34,970 nt of DNA from Methanobacteriota archaeon (GTDB lineage Archaea > Thermoplasmatota > Poseidoniia > Poseidoniales > Poseidoniaceae), in NCBI GenBank assembly GCA_011526375.1, contig WTIT01000113.1, forward strand, positions 2,799 through 37,768, given 5' to 3'. Of the stretch, positions 26,538 to 34,800 are shown piece by piece. Position 1 is the stretch's first letter. Each line of letters opens with the position of its first letter. The translations under genes and the position numbers were made by a program. Below the pieces are notes generated by a model, which saw only the letters and a program-made list of their open reading frames with translations, was not told where the DNA came from and searched no databases.

Positions 26538-27491
26538 TCATAGCACATCTAAACCGCAATTGTCACAAAACCTGTCCCCTGACTTGATTGGATATCCACA
26601 ACCCCTACACCTTGGTCCTTGTTGAGGTGTTGGCTGGGCGAAACTAGGTGGATTACTAGAGGGAAGCATAGCCATTGATTCCAAGGTTTGCTTTCCCAAC
26701 ATGTTGTTATTTGGTGGTGCGAACGCAGAATAATTCTTCTCTTGGTGAAGTGTTTTTTCATTGTTGGCGACTTCTTCGATGGTAGATTCTTGGGCATAAT
26801 CATCGACATAATTTGACTCTGGCCCTATTTCAACTTCATTTCTCTCATACGTAATCGGTGCTTGAGGTTTCTCAGCTTTAACCGGTGCTGCTTCTGAAGC
26901 AGCCTTCAAGGCAGAAATACGCTTTTGTTCTCTTGACTCTCTGGCAGACGAGCTACTAAAAACTCCAGTCACAAAGTCAAGAAATTTATCCATCGGGCTT
27001 ACTTTTCGCGTAGCACCAATCGTAGACTTAATTTCTTGTTCATCAAAATTCGATTCGCCAGACACCCTTCGAGTTGCTTCAATCACGCTTTTTGACTCGT
27101 TGAGCATAGACACCTCTACCTTATTCTCATCTGACAGCTCCATTTCTGGTGCTTCAGTTGAGATTTGGGATACTCCGGCAGAAAGATTTGTTTGGTTGCT
27201 GATTTCACTTGGAATCTCAACATTAGTTTGCCAAACTCCGCTTTCCTCGGCTGCATACGCACTTTTCATTTTCTTCATTACTTTTGAGCGTCGATACTCA
27301 TAATCTCTTACTATGTTCGATCGACGATAAATAATGACACCAATAAAGACACCTAGGAGATAATATGGAATCATTAGTAACGGTTCAATATCAAAAATGT
27401 CCCTTAGTGGAGTAACGACTACATGGGTAAATACCAGTAACAGAACTGGTAAAACAGACACGCTGTTTGAACTCAGTGACTTATTTCCCAT
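26538..27491 (-). CDS. Membrane protein (2 N-terminal TM) with low-complexity region and C-terminal zinc ribbon
   Basis: TM VLPVLLLVFTHVVV and LLMIPYYLLGVFIGVII; terminal CRGC...FCDNCG. Start ATG 27491 follows SD AGGTGAGG (27495-27502). Confidence 0.75.
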   Translation of the reverse strand: MGNKSLSSNSVSVLPVLLLVFTHVVVTPLRDIFDIEPLLMIPYYLLGVFIGVIIYRRSNIVRDYEYRRSKVMKKMKSAYAAEESGVWQTNVEIPSEISNQTNLSAGVSQISTEAPEMELSDENKVEVSMLNESKSVIEATRRVSGESNFDEQEIKSTIGATRKVSPMDKFLDFVTGVFSSSSARESREQKRISALKAASEAAPVKAEKPQAPITYERNEVEIGPESNYVDDYAQESTIEEVANNEKTLHQEKNYSAFAPPNNNMLGKQTLESMAMLPSSNPPSFAQPTPQQGPRCRGCGYPIKSGDRFCDNCGLDVL

Positions 27492-27519
27492 TGCCCTCAC
27501 CTTATGATGTTGTACATGA

Positions 27520-28575
27520 CTAATTTACATTACCATTATTTGTTTCTCGGTCATTAAATGAGCGTGACTTACCAATAACTCCGTAAACAAGGCCAACTGA
27601 AAAAAATACATGTAATATTATCATACATATCGGTATGCCAATAATCATCGTAACATCTCGTCTTAAAACCGTAAATCTAACACCCTCAAAAAATAACACA
27701 ACTAAGTATAGCAATCCTGGCATATACCAATAATCTTGTTCACTAATTAGAAGCGTCACTGTAAGCAGTAAGCCAAACCAAGGTAAAAACTCTCTCATAC
27801 TTGCCCTTGTATGATGTTTTTTGAGTAATTTTGTACGCCAGAACCCATAACGAAAACTCATCTTTATCCAACTAATCAAGGAAGTTCTTTTGGCCATTTT
27901 TACTGAAACCTCATCAGTTCGAAATAACTCATATCCAGCATTTATCAACCGCATAGATAAATCACTATCCTGGCTGGTAATGAAATTAGTATCCCAACCA
28001 CCAATATCCTCTACCGCCTTCCTTGAGTGTAAACAAAATGCTGGTATCTTTGTTTTTTCAGTTCCAGAAAAATTCTCAAACTGACCACCTCCACTACCCA
28101 ATGGAGAGGATAAAGTATCTTCAATCCATGATTCTACAATTCCTAGATTTCCCTCTCGAGTAACCACTTTTACTCCAATGGCTCCGATTGGCGATTCGGT
28201 TGAGGCTTGCAAATCGGTCAGTTTGTTGACTAGCGTTTCAACATGGGTTTTGGTCACAGTACAATGTCCAATAATCTCTAGCAAATATTCTGTGGAATCT
28301 GGAACTAATTCGAGAGCCAAATTTCTAGCCTCGGCCACGTACTTCCCAGGATTATCATAGATGCTGATCTCCGGCGCATTCGGACTATTATTTGCAATAT
28401 ATTCCTCAACAACAGCCTTAGTCGAATCTACTGATCCCCCATCTAACACCAATATTTTGTGCCGGCTGTGAGGATATGTTTGTTGAGATAGTGAAGTTAA
28501 GCATTTGATGATTGTTGACTCTTCGTTCAATACCGGAATAACAGACACTACCATTGGCATAGTTTGGTCTGCCAT
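27520..28575 (-). CDS. Glycosyltransferase family 2 (ExoA-like) with C-terminal TM helices
   Basis: VSVIPVLNEE, VLDGGSVDST, ARNLAL, IGGWD...SQDSDLSMRL..AGY, YGFWR; three hydrophobic C-terminal helices. Confidence 0.9.
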   Translation of the reverse strand: MADQTMPMVVSVIPVLNEESTIIKCLTSLSQQTYPHSRHKILVLDGGSVDSTKAVVEEYIANNSPNAPEISIYDNPGKYVAEARNLALELVPDSTEYLLEIIGHCTVTKTHVETLVNKLTDLQASTESPIGAIGVKVVTREGNLGIVESWIEDTLSSPLGSGGGQFENFSGTEKTKIPAFCLHSRKAVEDIGGWDTNFITSQDSDLSMRLINAGYELFRTDEVSVKMAKRTSLISWIKMSFRYGFWRTKLLKKHHTRASMREFLPWFGLLLTVTLLISEQDYWYMPGLLYLVVLFFEGVRFTVLRRDVTMIIGIPICMIILHVFFSVGLVYGVIGKSRSFNDRETNNGNVN

Positions 28576-28634
28576 GCCCCACCATCGTCCTGTTTGTTTT
28601 CATACTTACTGAGTTAAGGCCGGAAATAAACAGT

Positions 28635-28640
28635 TTGAAG
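28635..28640 (+). promoter_or_regulatory. Putative TATA-box variant TTGAAG
   Basis: At -29..-24 from GTG 28664. Confidence 0.5.
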
Positions 28641-28663
28641 AGTAAAGCAAACTTAGCCGTTAT

Positions 28664-29179
28664 GTGACTGAAAGCAGAATACTCCTCAACGGAATCGATG
28701 AGGGGATAAGTATCACTATTTCATCAAAAGTATGTGGGCCAGAATCGCCACAGTTAGTGTTGACAAGCATTCAAAATATATTTCCAGACTTTACAACTCC
28801 CAAAGAAATCGAAGAGCCGAATTTTGGCAATCCGTCAAATTATGAATTCCTACAGGAAAATGTCTCTTTGAATAATTTTCTTACAATGATTAGACAACAA
28901 GCTATTTTAGATACAGCACTGGATGTTTTGAGCATGAATTTAGACGGTGATACCACAACTTTCCAGATATTGAGACAGGCTGCTATTGCTAGCAAAGTTG
29001 CTTTCAATTTAACAGAAAAAAATCCGCTTGGCGGGGTAATTCAAGTAACCTTAACTGGTGAGAATCTTGAAACTTGGATTGAATCTGCTACCTGGCACAA
29101 AGGCCGAGATACTGTACCTCGAAAGATAAATGATGACAGAACGATGGACAAAGATGGAAAAGCATCTACCTGGCATTGA
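28664..29179 (+). CDS. UPF0201/DUF54-type archaeal putative RNA-binding protein
   Basis: GPES..V..SIQNIFPD, IRQQAILDTA, ILRQAAIASKVAF...NPLGGVIQV match the family pattern. Confidence 0.7.
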   Translation: MTESRILLNGIDEGISITISSKVCGPESPQLVLTSIQNIFPDFTTPKEIEEPNFGNPSNYEFLQENVSLNNFLTMIRQQAILDTALDVLSMNLDGDTTTFQILRQAAIASKVAFNLTEKNPLGGVIQVTLTGENLETWIESATWHKGRDTVPRKINDDRTMDKDGKASTWH

Positions 29180-30191
29180 TTTCGTTCAAAATTTTGGCCG
29201 CAATTTCATAATCTGCTTGAGCGAGATTAATCCCGTCAATATCGTTGAACCAGCCAATTTCTTCGTGTGATGTCCACCTAGAATTTGGCGACAAATCTTT
29301 GGAAAAATCCATCGATACTTCGATGATTTTCAGATTAATGGCGAACTCTGAATATTCATGATAGACGCTAGAGACTAGTCTTTTTGGTGAAACATCCCAG
29401 CCAAATTCTTCTTCAATTTCTCTAGCAATTGCCTCATATTCTGATTCACCAGGTTCGATTTTGCCGCCCGGAAATTCCCACACTCCTGGCATCTCAGAAG
29501 TTGTATTTCTTTTTGCAAGCATTATTTTATTTTCATTCACCAATAATGCGCCGACCACATCTATGACCGGCTTGAATAGAATTCTTCCAATTATCTTTTT
29601 CAAAACATTAATTGAATCTCGGACCGGAACAATCTCTTCTTTCGGGAAATGAATGAAACAAGCATTAGTTGATTCACTAGAAGTCTTATTTTCCAATGAT
29701 TCTAATGTTCGGTAGTATGTTTCATTGCACAAATACGTTCCAGCATCATTTGACAATATGATTTCTTCAAGCGGTGGATGAGTCAGTGATTTGGCAAATG
29801 TTTTGTCGACATGTAAATCGGTTTTGCCAATTAATGTAGCTTTCAATTGGCGACCTGAGTTATCAGGAATTCTCATGTCTAATTTGTTTTGCGCAGTTAA
29901 CTCAAACCTTATTTTCTCACAAGATTCACACAAGCCCATGTGGATAATTAAGTCCCAAGTATCTCCGCTATCCAGTCTTTTTGCGGCAAACCTAGAGCCA
30001 ACTTCATCCACCGTCAACAACTGTTTTTCTAAGTATACCTCCATACTCCCGTTGCCACTAACACTCGACCTACTATCGTGCCATGGATCTTGGATAGTTA
30101 ATCTCGATTCGATTTGTTGTAGAATAAGTTGCGAGACATTGGTTTCGTTTGTTCCGAATGGTTCAAAGCCTGTTAACAAGATTCGCCCCAT
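29166..30191 (-). CDS. Pyroglutamyl-peptidase I (C15) fused to a MutT-like Nudix hydrolase
   Basis: ILLTGFEPFG...N.S, IHMGL, RFE..AQN..D.RIPDNSG, SNDAGTYLCNE, FIHFP; then VVGALL...WEFPGGKIEPGESEYEAIAREIEEEFG (complete Nudix box). Confidence 0.9.
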   Translation of the reverse strand: MGRILLTGFEPFGTNETNVSQLILQQIESRLTIQDPWHDSRSSVSGNGSMEVYLEKQLLTVDEVGSRFAAKRLDSGDTWDLIIHMGLCESCEKIRFELTAQNKLDMRIPDNSGRQLKATLIGKTDLHVDKTFAKSLTHPPLEEIILSNDAGTYLCNETYYRTLESLENKTSSESTNACFIHFPKEEIVPVRDSINVLKKIIGRILFKPVIDVVGALLVNENKIMLAKRNTTSEMPGVWEFPGGKIEPGESEYEAIAREIEEEFGWDVSPKRLVSSVYHEYSEFAINLKIIEVSMDFSKDLSPNSRWTSHEEIGWFNDIDGINLAQADYEIAAKILNEINAR

Positions 30192-30280
30192 GATTATTCC
30201 AATATGTGGTAACTTTTGACCTGTTTGTATACATCCATGGGTTATATTGACATGTAGAACTTCATAGCGACGTATGAGTC

Positions 30281-30625
30281 ATGATGGCCGAGTCAAATTT
30301 TGTCGAACCTAAAACCGAGACCAATAAAGTGGTCACGGGGTTCAAAGTATTTCGACAAATCTGGAAGGAAATGACTCTCGGCGTTGGATTTTGGGGTGCA
30401 CTGCGCCCAATTGTCGCAGCATTAATTGCCGCAGTACCATTCCTATTTTTGGGTCAGCATTTCAACAGAAAACATCAGAAAGGACTCGATTTTGCTTTAT
30501 TACAAATCCCTCTAGCACTCACTGTTGTGCTTTGGTTTGTTTTGTGGGCTTATTCGATATTTGATGCATGGAGAGATGCGACTAGATTTGTTGCCGATAA
30601 GAATATTCAAGGCAACCAAATTTGA
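30281..30625 (+). CDS. Small integral membrane protein
   Basis: Hydrophobic helices; FLFLGQHFNRK..KG and WAYSIFDAWRDA resemble a GxGQ.Y/..S..DA small membrane-protein pattern. Confidence 0.7.
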   Translation: MMAESNFVEPKTETNKVVTGFKVFRQIWKEMTLGVGFWGALRPIVAALIAAVPFLFLGQHFNRKHQKGLDFALLQIPLALTVVLWFVLWAYSIFDAWRDATRFVADKNIQGNQI

Positions 30626-31398
30626 TCGGTAACCGCAATTTCACCACTCAACATTCCAGATAGGTCATTCAAATCATCATTATCAAATTCATCAGGTAAT
30701 TCTCCTGTTATGATATTGCCTAAGTTTGCTGATTCAATCGCCCAGTACATAACAGAATCTTCATTATTAGAGTGACCTGGATGGTCTTTATCTTCATGGT
30801 CAACTGGGGATTTGTATACTAGGTTTACTAGACCAAGTAAATGCCCGAACTCGTGAACCAGGACACTATTTTCTATCTCCTCTGCAGATGGCCTGCTAAA
30901 TATAGGCCCTTCAGCATCTTCCACTGTATCTTTGAATATGGCGACTGTTGAAGCATCAACTGCAACACCAAGGACATCATCATTACTGTACTCGGAGGAG
31001 GGGAATAGAGCTTGCCAGTAAAGAGTTGAACCAGTTTGTGGCTGGTTAGATTTGTGTTCCCAAGCCTTTTCTCTTACGTCATTTGCTGTCCAACTACCAG
31101 AATGTTCAAAATTAGTTTCAGTCAACTCAATCTGAATACCATTTGGTTTATCACAAACTTCCTGTAACCTAGTTTTTAACAAGTTTACCGAACTTTGTTC
31201 AGGCATGTAACCTGGTTCATAATCAATTTCGACAACCATAGAGGTATATTTCGCCGAACTTAAGCATGCTAAGGTTAAGCCTCCTGGAATACCCTTTTTG
31301 TCTCCTGATTCAAATATATCATCACCTAGACACCCAGACATTGTTGAACAGACCATCAACAAACCAAGCATTACCGGAATGAAACCACTCTTGCCCAT
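30607..31398 (-). CDS. Lipoprotein zinc metalloprotease (metzincin-like)
   Basis: Archaeal lipobox MSGCLG; HEFGHLLGL zinc motif; downstream PGHS and Met-turn SVMYW. Confidence 0.85.
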   Translation of the reverse strand: MGKSGFIPVMLGLLMVCSTMSGCLGDDIFESGDKKGIPGGLTLACLSSAKYTSMVVEIDYEPGYMPEQSSVNLLKTRLQEVCDKPNGIQIELTETNFEHSGSWTANDVREKAWEHKSNQPQTGSTLYWQALFPSSEYSNDDVLGVAVDASTVAIFKDTVEDAEGPIFSRPSAEEIENSVLVHEFGHLLGLVNLVYKSPVDHEDKDHPGHSNNEDSVMYWAIESANLGNIITGELPDEFDNDDLNDLSGMLSGEIAVTDQIWLP

Positions 31399-31431
31399 GT
31401 TAAGACCAACCAGTTAACATTGAAAATATTG

Positions 31432-31872
31432 TCACCATTCTTCTGGTACTTCAAGCGGGGAAAATAATTGTCCAGGAGACTTGATGTTAGCCAGTTTTTC
31501 TCTTACTAAGTGCTCCCACATTCGCAGCGCAGACACACCGTCAAGCAGGTTCATTTCTGTTTCTACCATAGTTACTCGCACCAGGGTTTCTAGGATATCC
31601 ATCCTATCTTCATCAACCACTGATAGTATCTTGTTGATATCCAATGATGATTGCTTATCATCATGAGTTGGCATATCAATTGGCCATTGATTGACTACTT
31701 TATCTGGCAGTATCATGCCAGTTTCTGCAGCATGATTGGTTAGTGAATCCAACATTGGACTCAACATATTTTGGATAACCATGCTGACTTCGATAATCGG
31801 CATATTCAGTTGTTTGATTAAGTTGACCATACGCTCTTGCAAAGTAACTAGTCCGTCCACTGCATCAGACAT
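31432..31872 (-). CDS. Hypothetical alpha-helical protein
   Basis: Clean ORF 11 nt downstream of the repeat protein, GGTG SD-like sequence upstream; no recognised motif. Confidence 0.7.
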   Translation of the reverse strand: MSDAVDGLVTLQERMVNLIKQLNMPIIEVSMVIQNMLSPMLDSLTNHAAETGMILPDKVVNQWPIDMPTHDDKQSSLDINKILSVVDEDRMDILETLVRVTMVETEMNLLDGVSALRMWEHLVREKLANIKSPGQLFSPLEVPEEW

Positions 31873-31883
31873 GATAACACCAG

Positions 31884-34800
31884 TTAACCTGTTTGCCTTG
31901 AATCGTACCTTATCGGCGAGGAGTCGCCTCTAAGTCCATCCTCTTCATCATCATTAACCTCAAACCAGTCAACAATCCAATCTCCATCTGTATCCCAATT
32001 TATTGGGCTACTTCCTTCGGCTAGATGATCATCATCAAAGTCCATCAAATACCAGCCATACTCGTGTTCCCCAACGGCTCTCACTGGCGCAGTTTGTGGG
32101 GAACTAGCGTAGTATATTTCCCATTGGTCAGTCTGCGAACCTGAGACTAGTAACTCATCATCTGATGTGTCTAAGGTTAGGAAATCATTGTCATTATCAT
32201 TGATTATCAGCACATATCTGAAATCCGATGACGATTGTTTGTCCATTTTCATGTAATTGGTCGATGCTTCTGCTGGTGTTCCAAGACCCAAGGTGTATCC
32301 TCTGAATTGCCACCATTCTTCAACAGGATTACCTTGATACAATAATGGCGCTAATCTAACAGCATTTGGCGAGGTTAAATCTTCGTCAGTAAGCATGTAG
32401 AACTCTTGGAAATTAGTGTATGGCTCGTAACTACACCCTGCCCCGGAGCAATCATAGTTCCCGTCATTATCTGGGTCGTAGTTTGCATCAACTGGGTCTG
32501 CTGGGTCTAAGGTGAACCAAGTATACTCTAACTCTGGCCTAGACAGAATTCCAGAATCGGAAGACAAAGGTAAGCATGAAACTGTATTTGTATCACATTC
32601 ACCGCCAGTTAGAGAATCAATCCAAACAACTTTTATTTGTAGGTAGGATGAAAAGTTATCATTTGATTCATTCCACCCCATTTTGTATTCATACCAATCT
32701 GGTAACATATCTCCATCTGTATCGTTATCGGTTGGGTTGATTCCATATTTGAAGACCTCACGACCATCGCTTAAATTGTAATCAATTTGGTGAGAAACAA
32801 CTAAACCGCCGCTTAGTTGAGTGATATAAGTAACAGAATCTCCATCTGTATCGTTCAAGTCTGGCCTAGTATTATTATTCCATTCCATTAAGTTAGTGAA
32901 TGGTAATGAGCCTGGACCAGGTTGTATTACAACTCCGCTAGGAACAAAGTTTCGCTCATCCCAAATTCCCTGCTCAGCAGGAATATCAAGTGACTTCCTG
33001 TCATACCATCCATCACTATCTCCATCATAGTTAACATCGTGTGGATTGATTGGATTGGCTGCCCAATGATCTTGAGTGGTAACATCAGGCATGCCATAAA
33101 TTGCATAACAATATTCCCAACCATCAGGGATTGAATCACCATCTGAATCTGTGCTTGTAGGGTCTGCAACTCCTATTAATGTACGATTAAAGTTGTTAGA
33201 GTCATATGAATTGATTTTTTCCATGCGCTCTGCACTGTCTTGACTCTTGGAGGTAAAATCATTGTATAATGCGTTGGTTGCTTCAAAGTATGTATAACCC
33301 AATTCTTCGATGTAAGCGTTAATTGCATCGTCACCGAAGCTAAGAATTCCAACTTCTTGTGGAACCGTATTCCGCTCTGAGTATTTACCCCATGTCCTAG
33401 ATTCCCACTCTCTCAAGTTAGAAAACCTCTCCTCGAGAGAAATGTTGCCATCACCATCACAATCAAAACTGTCGCCATCACTATCTAGCAACACGTCACC
33501 ATCAATTAGCGGGTTTATACTCCACAGGTTATTTTCCAAATCCCATTCGGCGAACCAATACTCAAACCCGTCATACATCCCATCACCATCAGTATCAGGG
33601 TTTGTCGGATCGGTGATTCCCATCAAGATAGAAATAAAGGCATTAGCGGGCTCTCCGTTCTGCCATTCATTAAAATCATTGAGTAATCTCTTTCCACGAG
33701 TTTCCTTGGAGATTAACATGTTGAACATTCGTTGTGTTTTTTCTGTCGGTTGTAGTAGGTCACCGTCAATATGCAGCAGTGGAGCATCGGATGGATGGTC
33801 AATTCCATTGTCTGGATTCGAAGTAACAAGAGCGAATTCTTGTAAATCCACTAACCCATCCTCATCTGAGTCAAATAGGCCATCACCTGGAACTAATGGG
33901 TTTAGAGTCCATGTCTGTGCAGAAGAGTTCCATGTCGTGAATAGTAATTCAACGCCATCTATAATTCCATCACCATCTGTATCGACATTATTTGGGTCGC
34001 CAGTTATTCCCGTAAGATTTCTTTGAGTTGCGTTAACAAATGAACCAAATGAAAGGTCTGTTTGAATGCCAGCCCACGCTTGGAAAGTGTAAGCACTACC
34101 AATAGTAGTCACAAACCATTTTGGAGAAGTACGTTCATCATCTGCCTCGGTAAGTAATGGGTCTATTGCATTGTATTCTTCCCAATTAGTCATACCATCA
34201 TCATCTGCATCTTGCCACCTATCAGCTGGCTGTAACGGATTCAAAGTCCATTCGTCTTGTAGCACATCCCACCTTGAAAACCATATTTCCCAGCCATCAG
34301 GCATCCCATCATCATCTGAATCAGCATTAAGCGGATCAGCAGCACCCATATCGAGTGGATTTTGTGTTGCTAAATATGACCCAGCAGCGCGGTCATAAAA
34401 CGATGCTTCGGGTTGTCCGTTGGCATTTACATTATCAAATAAATCAGTTGAGAAACCAAATGGTAAATTGTCGAAATCTACCGGGTCATCTTCATTGAAT
34501 AAATCATATCTTAGGTGGTATTCAAGATAATTAACAAACGCCTCGTTAGGTTGTAGTATACCGTCTCTATCTATATCGTAACCATCGTTGTCAGGATTAT
34601 TAAACGCATCAGAGCCATTTAGCGGGTTGATTCCAACCCTGCTAGGATTCCAGTTACAAGAGTAAGAGGCTTCCCAACCATCCGGCAGTGAATCACCATC
34701 TGAGTCGATATTGTTTGGATCGGATTCACTCCAATTTTCTGCGTATGTAATGTTCTCACCATGCGACTCTAAGAGGAGACCCTCCATTGCTTGATATTTC

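Noticed and set aside
33442-34398. Plus-strand Ser/Pro-rich ORFs, and similar overlapping short ORFs throughout the window
   Set aside because: Antisense or off-frame shadows of well-supported genes; Asp/Gly codons read as Ser/Pro/Ile on the other strand.
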